Assembly (NCBI RefSeq): GCF_028641065.1
Contig: NC_073396.1
Coordinates: forward strand, 13,144,001-13,208,000
Length of the DNA: 64,000 nt
Direction: 5' to 3'
DNA from: Leucoraja erinacea
Lineage: Eukaryota
Shown: one piece after another, positions 28,057 to 39,516 of the stretch
Numbering within the stretch: position 1 is the stretch's first letter
Layout of the letters: the number at the start of each line of letters is the position of its first letter
The notes under the pieces: generated by a model
The model's input: the letters and a program-made list of their open reading frames with translations, nothing else
What the model was told of the DNA's origin: nothing
The model's database searches: none
Translations under genes and position numbers: made by a program

Positions 28057-28772
28057 GTAAAGATGTCTGTTCTTTCTTTCTTGCTATAAATTTGTTTAAT
28101 TCTGATCATCCAACAGGTATTCGATGCTGAATGATGGAGTTAGATTAGTTTGAAATTAAATTAACCCCAAAGCTTTACATTCTCAGAATTCCAGACAATT
28201 TATTGAGTTTATCTTCTTGGAGTATTATCATCTTCTGGTGATATCTGTGAAAACCTGTGTACTGAACCAGCTAATTAAATTGTTTTGCCAGCATTTGGGT
28301 ATAACAAAAAGTTGGAGGATTGTGATTAATAAACACTAGTGTTCACAACAAGTCTGAAATTTGTGTTAGTTTAGAGATATGGCATGCAAACAGGCCCTTC
28401 AGCCAACTGAGTCCATGCTAACCATCACCTGTTCACACTAGTTCTAGGTTGTCTTACTTTCACATTCACTTCTTACACACTAGGGACAATTTATAGAGGT
28501 CAATTAACTAACAAACCTGCAAGTCTTTCCTTGTGCTTTCCAATCTAATAGATCGTTCTGATTCTATCTTAATTTGATTTTACATCACGTCAATCTGACC
28601 TGATGAGATTATCTTAGCCATTTAGATCTGTTCAGAGACAACTTGGCAGCAGTTTAACTCCTTATGTGTACAGGTTTTACGGTGTTTAAGAATGGGTTGA
28701 TGAAGAGGTGGACTCATTTTTGAAGGTTTTACCATTTCTAACATTGATTTGCTTCTTTCCTCTTTTATTCAG

Positions 28773-28858
28773 GTTCCCATAATTGAACTCATCCCCATTC
28801 CAGATGCTGTTAACATTCTCTGTGTGGCTTTTGGAAGCCTGGAGATAAGGGAAGTAAA
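28773..28858 (+). CDS. PALB2: PALB2 exon 9 (WD40)
   Basis: VPIIELIPIPDAVNILCVAFGSLEIREV(K) / gtaagg; 86 nt. Confidence 0.94.
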
Positions 28859-30067
28859 GTAAGGCTGGAAAAAATGTCAACAAAACCATAAATGTACTGC
28901 ACTGCTGACAGAATTGCACCTGCACAACGCAACAGTTTTTTTAATAACCCACAACGTATCATAACCAGACTGGTGAAATTGACATGCGCCTACAGTTCTC
29001 TTACCATTCACACATTGTGACGTAGCATAATCATAATTGGTTACAAGCCACTGAGCTAAGATTTGAGCAGAGAGCAGAAATTAATTGCTTCTTGAGGATG
29101 CGGTTGTAGAAAGTAGCAGGGAAAATGTCCTGTGCCCATTTAAATTCCTCTTGGCAACTGTTTTTAACGTCTCAATATAAAATCTGTGTATGGCTGTCAA
29201 TGGGAAATTTATTTTCTCGTAATGTCTCTATCACAGTTCAAAATAGGGCATACTGAAGTAAAATACGTCAGTAGACGTAGTAGTGAGTTAAGAGCAGTTT
29301 TGTTTCTAGTTCAAGAAGTTATGGAGCATAAGTGCAGAAGATGTTTGGAACCATTGTCTTTCAGACGATGCTATAAAACCCAAATCATCGTGGCTGGACA
29401 TTAAAAAAATCAATATTGCAAGGAAAACTTGGGGAACTCTTCCAGGTGACATGGGCAATGTTTATACCTCAATCAATATCATTTAAAAAAAAAACAACAT
29501 TATCTACTAATTATTATATTGCTGTTTTGTGCAGGCTTGCTGTAAACAAATTGGCTTTTGCATTTCTTATGTCACAACAGTGACCATGTTTCAAAAGTAC
29601 TTAAATGGCAAAAAGTCCTTTCAGGCTTTCCAAAGTTGTAAAATTCACCAAGAAATGTAATGACAATTTTTTAATTGTTTAGTCTTTTGCTGTGTGTAGT
29701 ATTTAGCTTATTCCCAGTCTGTCTCAACTATGTTATTAAAAATTAAACTAATATAAATTAATCATTGGCTGACTTTGGTTGGTCTCTCAGACCTCAACAG
29801 TTGTTACAAAACAGAACTGCAGAAGCTTGTTAACTATTGTATGTGAACGAGGCTGCATGGATTTTGGCTGTTGCTATTCAGGTCTGCTCTGCCACTCAAT
29901 AAAACCGGGTGATCTAATTTTTGGTTTCAATTACAGTTTTTATGTCCACAGCCTCTGTTTTTCCAGTAGTCCAACAATATATCTATCTCAGCCTTAGTAA
30001 CAACATCCACACCCCTTGCACATCGAGAATTATAAGGATTTACAACAAGGAATTTCATATTCACTCG

Positions 30068-30890
30068 AACAAGGAGTAGGAATAGGCTATTCATACGTCC
30101 TCCATTTATTAAGATAATGGCTGTTATCTGAATGTAACCTCAGCTCAGCAGGTCGATTTCATTATAATCTCGGGTCATTATTCCCATCTATCTGCAGTAA
30201 CTTTTTACCTCCTTTCTTATAAAGAATCCATCTACTGCTGTCTTGAAAATATTAAAAGTTCTGCTTCCACCTGTGTCTTAAATGGGCGTTCCCTGGTTCT
30301 AACCACCCATAATAGGAAATGTACTCCCTGGATTCGCCCGTCAAAATTTAATGTTTCGCTTAAATCTCCTCTCTTACCCACTCCAGTAGGTACAAATTTA
30401 GCCTGTCCAATCTTTCAACATCAGACAATCCACCCAATCCAGGAATTAATTTAATCATGTGTAGGAAGGAACTGTGGATGCTGGTTTAAACCGAAGATAG
30501 GCACAAAAGGCTGGAGTAACTCAGTGGGTCATCTCTGGAGAAAAGGAATAGGTGACGTCACCAATTAATTTAGTCAGTTCCAACAGCACCCAACATATTA
30601 ACATTCTTACTTGAACACAAAGATCAACATAGGGCACTCCAAATGTTTTTCATCAGTTCCTTATATAACCGGAGCATAATCTCCCTACTTTTATATCTGA
30701 TTATCCTAGTAATAAACAATAATATTCTGTCAGTTTTTCCAATTATTTGCTATCCTTTTGTGAAATGTGCACTGGGCCATTCAGATACCTCTGCATCTCA
30801 GGGCTCTGCAAACTCTTGATATATTGATAAAATATCTTCTTATTATTCCTGCAAAATTAATAGATTTGCATTTTCCCATATTTGCCAGAT
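30068..30890 (-). mobile_element. Decayed CR1 LINE 3' part
   Basis: ggagtaggaataggc 3' end and reverse ORF2 remnants. Confidence 0.6.
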
Positions 30891-31231
30891 CTGTTCCCCA
30901 AGAATACAATTTTGTCTAATAAAGTCCAGAACCCTTTTCCAAGGACATTTGACTTGAAATAACTAAAATGCTGGAATAACTCAAAAGATCAGGCAGCAAA
31001 TCTGGGGACATGGATAAGTGAAGTGCTGAGTTACTTCAGCCCATACTGTATTTGTCAGTAGTGTTTTAGCTTAGAGGGAGCTCTACCTCATGCAGGGAGA
31101 AAACTATTACTTTTAAAGAATGCCACTCTAATTCTAATAATGGATACAAGGGAATTGTACAATAATCATTCAGATGAAAGCAGGTTCCTCTCCTTTGTGA
31201 TAAAGATGTTTACCCCCCTGCTTCTTATCAG

Positions 31232-31390
31232 GGTATTACGCTCTACAGAGCAAGGCTGCTTGGAACATACTCTGCTGCAGACAGGAGATATAAATGCCGT
31301 GTTGGGGCTGCCTGGATGGAAACTAGTCTGCTCTTGTGGCACGCTCCAGACTCAAAGCATAGAAATGAACACCCTCTCCAAAGAAGGAAG
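31232..31390 (+). CDS. PALB2: PALB2 exon 10 (WD40)
   Basis: VLRSTEQGCLEHTLLQTGDINAVLGLPGWKLVCSCGTLQTQSIEMNTLSKEG(R); phase 2-2. Confidence 0.93.
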
Positions 31391-32005
31391 GTCAGAATTT
31401 TATATGTATTATTTGCTTTCTCTTTATTGTTTTACTTTGGTCAGCAGTTTCTCAGTTAGCAGACCACGCGAGATTCTATATGGACTGAGTATTAAAATGG
31501 CGTTGGAGTTTGGAGGATTCAAGAGAGATAGATGAAACACCAATGAAGAGAAACTATTATAAGCTTTCAGCTCAGATTTAGACAGCAAGGAGGCATGGAA
31601 GGCCAGTCAAATAAAATGCCTATAAACATGATTTTGCTCTGTAATTCCAAGCAGTTTAGATATAACCAACAAAATATTGTGTTTTTTATCCTACTCTTTG
31701 TGTTAAAGATGTCACAAGATAATGCTGACTTCTTGATTATGATAACGTTGACGTATAATGATGGACTTGCAAGTAGTGTCACAAATGCATAAAATAGGCT
31801 ACGAAAAGCCATTGTCATGACTCGCGGCTTAAATGGGGTTTCCAGTTCCCAAATCTGGCATGCCCACAAAAATCTCTCCTGAGCCATAACACAAAAAAAT
31901 ATTGAGTTCACGGAGAGCTGGATGAAGCTTCAGAATAAGAGAAGTGAAAATATTTTGTACTAATTTGGATGTTGGGTAGATTTACTGACTGAATTTTTTG
32001 GTTAG

Positions 32006-32122
32006 GAGTGAGCAATCTATGCAACTTGTCCCTCCCAATGAGATCGTTTTGGCTTTCAGCGAAGTTGAAGGGCAAATAGAAGCTTTGATCGGATCGACTA
32101 TAATGAGCAACATCGTCATTTG
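32006..32122 (+). CDS. PALB2: PALB2 exon 11 (WD40)
   Basis: SEQSMQLVPPNEIVLAFSEVEGQIEALIGSTIMSNIVI(W) / gtgaga; 117 nt. Confidence 0.94.
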
Positions 32123-32463
32123 GTGAGAACTTTATTTCCATTTGTTTCTTTATTATCAATATCACAATTTCTCTGTAGCTGTAACAATATATTCTGTCGG
32201 TCCGTTTCCTTCCTCTCTTTGCACAACCTGCTTTACTTGTGCATGGTTAGATTGTACTCGTGGCTGATATTATTTGCTTGGTTAGCACGCAAAACAAATT
32301 TTTCATTGCATCTTGGTCCACAAGGCAATAATATGCCAATACCATAGTTCAACTGGTAGCAAGCTGGCCTACGAGTCAGACAGCTGAAATCCATTTTAGC
32401 CACCTGAGAAAGCAAACCTGAGTTAATATTGCAGTTCAATGCTGGGAGTTTTCTGCAATGTAA

Positions 32464-32691
32464 ATGCTCCTGTCCCACTTAGGAAACCAGAACGGAAACC
32501 TCTGGAGACTTTGCGCCCCACCCAAGGTTTCCATGCGGTTCCCGGAGGTTGCAGGTGGTTGCCGGAGGTTGCAGGTAGTGGAAGCAGGTAGGGAGACTGA
32601 CAATAACCTCCGGGAACCGCACGGAAACCTTGGGTGGGGCGTAAAGTCTCCAGAGGTTTCCGTTCAGGTTTCCTAAGTGGGACAGGGGCAT
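32464..32691. mobile_element. Palindromic MITE (PIF/Harbinger-like)
   Basis: ATGCTCCTGTCCCACTTAGGAAACC... / ...GGTTTCCTAAGTGGGACAGGGGCAT, ~87-bp arms; flanks TAA / ATA. Confidence 0.85.
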
Positions 32692-33067
32692 ATATTTCTC
32701 TTTCAAACCAAAGCCTTGTCTCACTTCCGTGTACTTATAAGATCCTATGGAAGAGGAGTGGGTGAGTTGTAATTAGTGGCCAGAGACGAATACTTATCCC
32801 TCAATCAGCATCATTGAAACATCACTTTAAAAAACACTTTATCTGATTATTAGATTATTATTTGTAAAACCTTACTGTGTGATAATTGGCTGTCATATTT
32901 CCCACACTACATCAGGGATTGTGCTTCTAAGGGTTTTTCAATGGCTTCTGAGCTCCTTAGGGCATCATAGAAGTACAGGTCTTTCATCTTTTGACTGTTT
33001 ACCTGTACATGGCCTATGGTGCTCACTTGACCATTTGATCTAATTTAATTTCTTGTTTATCTCCTAG

Positions 33068-33155
33068 GAACATGAAGACTGGGCACCTCCTCAAGAGGAT
33101 CCATTTAAGTGAAAGCTACCCTGGCACTGTCTGCCAGAAAGCCTATTCCCAGTCG
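33068..33155 (+). CDS. PALB2: PALB2 exon 12 (WD40)
   Basis: NMKTGHLLKRIHLSESYPGTVCQKAYSQS / gtaaga; 88 nt. Confidence 0.94.
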
Positions 33156-34149
33156 GTAAGACGCAGTGAGAAATTATTGTTTTATGGTGGTGGAGACTAA
33201 GAACTAGAAAATCCTGTATATAATCCAGAACTCTGTTTTCTGTGAGCCTTTTGTCAGGGAGTGACCCATTTTAAACTGAAAGAAGAAAATTAGTAATAGT
33301 TGAAAGGATCTTAACTAAAATAGATTTAATGATTCCTTGTTAATGTGGCATTTGGACTGTATTTATAGTGTATGGCGTATTAATATGAGCTTCAGACTAT
33401 ATGCAGAATTGCTATCGTTAAGTACAGTAAATAGAAGTGCTATGTGGAAAGGAAATGGCTATGTATTGGAGGCAAACTTTCCTCTCATTTAATTAACTCA
33501 GGGCTGACTGAGAGCAGGAAGTAGAGACCATTTTCATTCAAGACCCTGATGATTTGAGAGTAAAAGATTGCCACTAAAAAGTTAATATTCCAAAATAAAA
33601 ATGAAATATTTGCTTCTGATAATTCATTTCAAAACCCAGTGGTACAATTTAACTGTGGACCAGTGACATTTAAATTGATTCGCCTTGTTTGATGCTGTAC
33701 TGTCTCTGGACCTACTGCCTGCTTGGCCTCTTGATTAAATAACTTGCAATTGAAACTACAAGTTCTGGGATTTTAGAGCAGGATTAGCATCGTCAGTTAG
33801 GTTAGAAATAATGGCAAATAGTATTTTGACCAAGAATTGATAGGTAGAATATGCAGGTCTTTCTTTCTCCAAACCATCACTCCCCAAAGTAAAGACTTTT
33901 AACACTTGCAGTTTCATTTTATCCCTGCCATTATATATCTGTCATGATTATGTCCAATATCACCAGTTTATATATTTCACACGGTCTGTATATATTGTAT
34001 ACTGGAGAGTTGCTTGCTAGTAAATAGAAAAGCTGCTGAAAAAATAAATTAAATCTTGAATGCAGCACCTAAATTATCAGTAAAATCTACAAAGTTAAAA
34101 TGGACTGGAATAAATATTTAGTAATAATTGTTTTATTTCTGGCATGTAG

Positions 34150-34298
34150 GGAATATTGTTCATTCTTCTAAGTCGTCGGTACATTGGCACCTGTGAAGGA
34201 GAGCAGGTCTGTGTTTTGAGAATGGTGGCTGTTAATCCCATGAATGGGAAAAGTAGACCAATCATGTCGTATACAATCCCTGTGGAATGCAGTGGGAG
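34150..34298 (+). CDS. PALB2: PALB2 exon 13 (WD40)
   Basis: GILFILLSRRYIGTCEGEQVCVLRMVAVNPMNGKSRPIMSYTIPVECSG(R) / gtaagg; 149 nt. Confidence 0.94.
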
Positions 34299-35928
34299 GT
34301 AAGGTCACTTGTATTACCTGATCAGTACCTTCATGTATAAAAATGCCCTTTGATACTCAGTATGTTACTGGGCTATGTTTAGATTGGCCACTCTCAGACA
34401 TAATATCTAATTGGGCTTTCCCTGCTAAATCTGTACATTCATGTTTTTTCTGAGAAAGTTTCCCTGTAAGTTATATTCTCCTATTAATTGCATCGATTTG
34501 TAGTATGGTAAGAGATTAGCTTTCCTGTCAGTGAAAATGGAAAATTGAGTCATAATTTTCTTCAGTGTTGGCTGGCTCATGGAGAGGTTTATGTATCCTA
34601 AAAAACAAGGTTCTAACATGAATGAAATGTTGCATTTACATTAATAAAAGGTGCATGAGCATCACTTTAATTGGACCCACCCAGCAGGAAATTGATGGTA
34701 TGAATTCAACCACCCCAATTTGTTTTCATGTGAAAGGCGTGCCTGCACTTTTGTGCAGCCTCTGTGCCCTTGCCCAAGTACATAAGAAACAGAACTAAAC
34801 CATTTAGCAGATATGTAATTCAGTCACATAATGGCTGATCTTTTACCACAGTGACATTTGCCTGTACTAACCCCTTAACCCATTGATTCACAAAACATCT
34901 ATCCATAAATATTCACAGAGACTGAGCCTTCATGGTCCTCTTAAGTACGCTCTACAGGAAGACATTTCTCTCTCTGTCTTGAATGGCCAATCCCTTATGA
35001 GATTGTGACTTCTTGTTCTTGACATTCTAGCTAGAGGAAACTTCAACCACATTTACTCAGTCAAGCTCTGTAAGAATCTTGTGTGTTCAACCCATTCATC
35101 TGCACTCAAGAAAGTATCAGCCCAAATCTCACCTCCTACTGGAAAAACCTACTATCCCAGGAGTCAGGTTGTGAATTTTGCAATGCTCCCTCAATTGCAA
35201 GTATGCTCTGCCTTTGGTAGGGAGATCTAGATCTGTAGGTGTTTTCTTACCAAAGTCCTATATTAGTAGAGCAATGTGAAGTGTCACATTTTGTCCTGTA
35301 ATCCTCCTGCAATAAAGGTCAATATACCATTTGCTTTTCTAATTCGCAATATACCATTCGCTTTTCCACATCCACTGATTGTGGATGATCAGCCATGATC
35401 ACATTGAATGACAGTGCTGGCTCGAAGGGCCGAATGGCCTACTCCTGCACCTATTGCCTATTGTCTAATTGTTTGTTGTACCAAAGATTTATTTATAAGA
35501 ATGCCTAGCTTCCTCTGGATTTCAATACTTTCAAAGCTTTCACATTGTATTCCATATACCATGTTCTTGTCAAGAGTTAGGCTAAAGAAGAACATAGAAA
35601 TAAGGTGATTGACAGAACCATAATTGACCCGAGGAAAAACGTATGCAACAAATGGTTTGGGGGTGGAATATATTACGGTGTTAATAGTGGAGGCAGATTC
35701 AATAGTCAAAAGGAGCCTGGATTACTATGTGAAATAAAAGAAAGCAGGGAGGTGGAACACCTGGATTGTTTTTATACAGAATTGTTTGGGGCACAAAGTC
35801 CTCCTTCCACACTAATCATTCTGTGAATCAGGTTAGTTGGATGTGCTCTTCCTTTTAATTAGGTTAATAACACATTTGTAGGAGTATTGTTTTTCTCATT
35901 TTAACATTGACTGTATTTCTTTAATCAG

Positions 35929-36154
35929 GTACATTGATGGAGGTGTGAAGGGGCAGTCCATTGCAGCAATTGTAACTCCCGGAACCATGGTACTTTGGAA
36001 TCTACTGTCTGGCCAAATCTCAACCATGCTCCAGCATGACTCTAGTGGGGACTGGTCACTATTTTACTGGGCTGAGGAGGACTCGTGTCTTCTAGCCAGA
36101 AAGAACGATAGCACTGTGTATATATACAAATGCTTAGGAGCCAGAACAGTATGA
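35929..36154 (+). CDS. PALB2: PALB2 exon 14 (last coding)
   Basis: aatcag / YIDGGVKGQSIAAIVTPGTMVLWNLLSGQ...STVYIYKCLGARTV-TGA. Confidence 0.94.
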
Positions 36155-36919
36155 ATATACTATTGCTGTGTCAAGATTATGCAGGATAAACTTGCAGTAC
36201 TTTGGTTCGTGAAACCTGTTCACCTCTTTTTTGGATGAAAACCACCAAAGATTTCAATGTGAGCAAAGTGTACAATTCTTTACAAAGCACAATGATTTAC
36301 TGAGCTACTGCACAGTGCTTTTTTTTAATTGTGGGGATATATTATAAGTTACTATGGACTATTTCGGTAAAATATTCAGTGCATAATTATTTAATATATT
36401 CAAATAATTGCAGATTTATTTTGCTTTTAACTGTGGTGATAGGACATTACAGTTCCTTTCCTAATGTACTTGAAGGGCATTCCTGGATCACTGTATATCA
36501 TGATAACCGAGCAGATTATATTTTCCTCTGTACACTGTCGGTTGAAATAACCACTAATGTAACGTTGGAAAATCTGAGTTGTATTCACATCCACTAACTA
36601 GAGCCAGCTTCAAATTTAGACGCAAAATGCTGGAGTAACTCAGTGGGACAGGCAGCATCTCTGGAGAGAAAGAATGGGAGATTGAAGAAGGGTCTCAGCC
36701 TGAAACGTCACCCATTCCTCCAGCATTTTGTGTCTACCTTCGATTTAAACCAGCATCTGCAGTCCTTTCCTATACAGCTTCAAATTTACTTCCATTTGGT
36801 AGTTGGGTTGTTGACTTTCCCTATTAAGGGGGAACTTCGAAAAGTTTCCAAAAAAGGAATGATTGTACTTGTTTAAAAAGACAAATGAAAGAGGATTATA
36901 ATGTCACAAATCTGTCTTC

Positions 36920-36929
36920 AATAAATAAA
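36920..36929 (+). terminator. Candidate PALB2 polyadenylation signal
   Basis: Overlapping AATAAATAAA about 770 nt after the stop codon. Confidence 0.5.
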
Positions 36930-37269
36930 ATCAATTAATCAATCTCTCCTATTCAATGTATATATACATAAAATGCGTAAGAAGCATCATGCCAAATTGA
37001 GTCTATTGTCATATACACAAGTACGTTGAGGTTAAAATCATTTGTGCAGCAGCATCACAAGCCCATGGACTCAGACAACACACAAAATATTTTATACAAC
37101 ACATAAAACATTATTTACAAGACATTGTGAGGAAAAAGATAGCAAAAACAAGACAAAATGAGAAATGCAATTCATGGTTGCATAAGGGGTGCTCCATTAC
37201 GTTCTGTTGTTGAGGTAGGATTAGGGTTGTGCAGATCTGTTGAAGAACCTGATCAATACCCTAATCGAG

Positions 37270-37500
37270 TGCAGCACAGTGACGGAGTTGTTGCTTTGCA
37301 GCGCCAGAGACCCAAGTTCGATCCTGGGGTTTCTCCGTGTCCTACAACACTTCAAAGATGTACAGGTTTGTAGGTTAATTGGTTTTGTTTAAATTGTGAA
37401 TTGTCCCGTGTGTGTAGGAGTACAGGGATTGCTGATCATCATGGACATGGTAGGTCAAAGGGCCTGTTTCTGTGCTGTATCTCTAAAGTCTAAAGTAAAA
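37270..37500 (+). mobile_element. tRNA-derived V-SINE (HE1-like)
   Basis: Box A/B-like head (gcacagtg...gttcgatcc), V-domain-like core, (CTAAAGT)n tail. Confidence 0.75.
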
Positions 37501-37687
37501 AACTGACCAATCGAATGCAGCAAAACCATGCAGCAGAACTCTCACCATGGCACAATGTGCCATTGTCCAGAACCACTCTTCCAGCACTAATCAGTACATT
37601 TTGACCTAATCTTCTGGCTAACCTCTCTCTATCCTCTGGGTTTTCTGTGATACAGTTGTCAAAGTCACCCTCACATTTTCAGGTATA

Positions 37688-38090
37688 CAGAGCCCACCAT
37701 AATGTTTGGGACAAAGACCCATTATTTATTTATTTGCCTCTGTACTCCACAATTTGAGATTTATAATAGAAACAATCATATGTGGTTAAAGAGCGCATTG
37801 TCAGATTTTAATAAAAGCCATTTCACCATGTAGAAATTACAGTGGTTTGCATCTTGCAGTGTAGCTTCTAATTTCTGTTCATGACGTCTTCTGCAGACAG
37901 TGGTCATTGACAAATCCACACCCGACTCCTGAAGAGTGTTTCTGATCTGTCTGACAGGTGTTTGGGGATTTTTCTTTGTTATAGAGAGAATTCTTCTGTC
38001 ATCGGCTGTGGAGGTCTTCCTTGGCCTGCCAGTCCCTTTGCGATTAATAAGCTCACCAGTGCTCTCTTTCTTCTTAATGATGTTCCAAAC
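37688..38090 (-). mobile_element. Truncated Tc1 transposon
   Basis: TA+CAG TIR shared with the 41530 and 47350 copies; transposase paired/HTH fragment STGELINRKGTGRPRKTSTADDRRI. Confidence 0.88.
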
Positions 38091-38720
38091 AATAGACGCA
38101 GGAGTAGGCCATTCGGCCCTTTGAGCCAGCACCGCCATTCAAATGTGATCATGGCTGATCATCCCCAATCAGTACGTCGTTCCTGCCTTCTCCCCTAAAC
38201 CTCTGACACCCGTACTAATCAAGAATCTATCTATCTCTGCCTTAAATATATCCACTGACTTTGCCTCCACAGCCTTCTGTGGCAAAGAATTCAACATTCA
38301 CCACCCTCTGACTAAAGAAATTCGTCATCCCTTCCTAAAGTCCTTTCATTCTTTGGCTATTACCTCAAGTCCTAGACTCTCCCACTGGTGGAAACATCTT
38401 CTCCACATCCGCTCTATCTAAGTCTTTCTCACTGAGTAGAAATTCCGAAGACTAGAAGGCAGCTTCCAGATGAGGGGGAAAATTTCAAGGAGGTATGCGT
38501 GAACATATTTTTGCACAGAGGGTGATGGGAGCCAAGAACATGCTGCCAGGAGTGGTGGTGGAGGCAAATGCCATAGTGTCATTGAGGAGGCTTTTGAATA
38601 GGCACATGGACACGCAGGGATGGAGGAATATGTATCACATACAGGCAGAGGAGATTCATTTAAATTGGCATCGGACATTGTGGGCTGAAGGATCTGTTCC
38701 TGTGCCTATCCATGTTCATG
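38091..38720. mobile_element. Two back-to-back CR1 3' fragments
   Basis: Minus-strand 3' end 38091-38430; plus-strand FAQRVMG..LP fragment 38450-38720. Confidence 0.78.
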
Positions 38721-39289
38721 GGCGAACTGTTCGATGTACAGACAGAGCCAGCAAATGATGCTGAGGTAGAGGATTAGGCGTGAACGTTGAATGGCGTAAT
38801 TGCGATGTCTAATGTGTGCTCCTGCTTTAGTTTATTCAGTCTGAAGAAGGGTTTCGGCCCGAAACGTTGCCTATTTCCTTCGATCCATAGATGCTGCTGC
38901 ACCCGCTGAGTTTCTCCAGCATCTTTGTGTACCTTTAGTTTATTCCTACTCCATGGACTCACTTGTAGGTCCATGAGACAACCTGCGGCTATGGGTAGGT
39001 TCGAGGGATCCAATGTGTGCTCCTGCTCCAGTTTATTCTCCTCCATGGTCTCACCTGCAGGTCGATGGACAATCTGTGGCTGCGGGTAGGTTCGAGTAGT
39101 CTAATGCAAAGCAAAGATCCTACAGCGGATCCTCTGCTATAGGATCTTTGATGCAAAGTGCTCCTGGTGCAAGGACTCACCCACAGGAGGTCCGTGGACA
39201 GACAACCTGTGGCTGCGGGGTTGCGCTGATCGGCTGAGCTCACTCCCTGCTGCGCCGCCAGTGGCGGGCCACCGAAACGCAGCCTGGTT

Positions 39290-39341
39290 TGCGCATGCAC
39301 GCCGCGGTGCACGCTGGAATTCCCAGGAAGATGGCGGCGCG
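39290..39341 (+). promoter_or_regulatory. NDUFAB1 core promoter motifs (NRF1-like, ETS, YY1)
   Basis: TGCGCATGCACG at 39290, CAGGAAG and AAGATGGCGGC overlapping the ATG, in a CpG-rich island. Confidence 0.65.
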
Positions 39342-39516
39342 TGTGCTCTCTCGGTGCCTGCGCCGGTGGCCGCAACCTTGGAGCGGGCCAAGGACAGGCG
39401 TGGGTCTCCGGGCCCAGCTCCAGCTCCCGCTCCCGCTCCCGCTCCCGGCCGTAGCCAGCGCAAACTGCTTCCATGCTATTAGCAGGCAGCCACCCGGTGC
39501 ATCGCACCCGGCTCAG
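39331..39516 (+). CDS. NDUFAB1: Mitochondrial acyl carrier protein, exon 1 (transit peptide)
   Basis: MAARVLSRCLRRWPQ...HPAQ / gtaata; Arg-rich presequence with no acidic residues. Confidence 0.9.
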
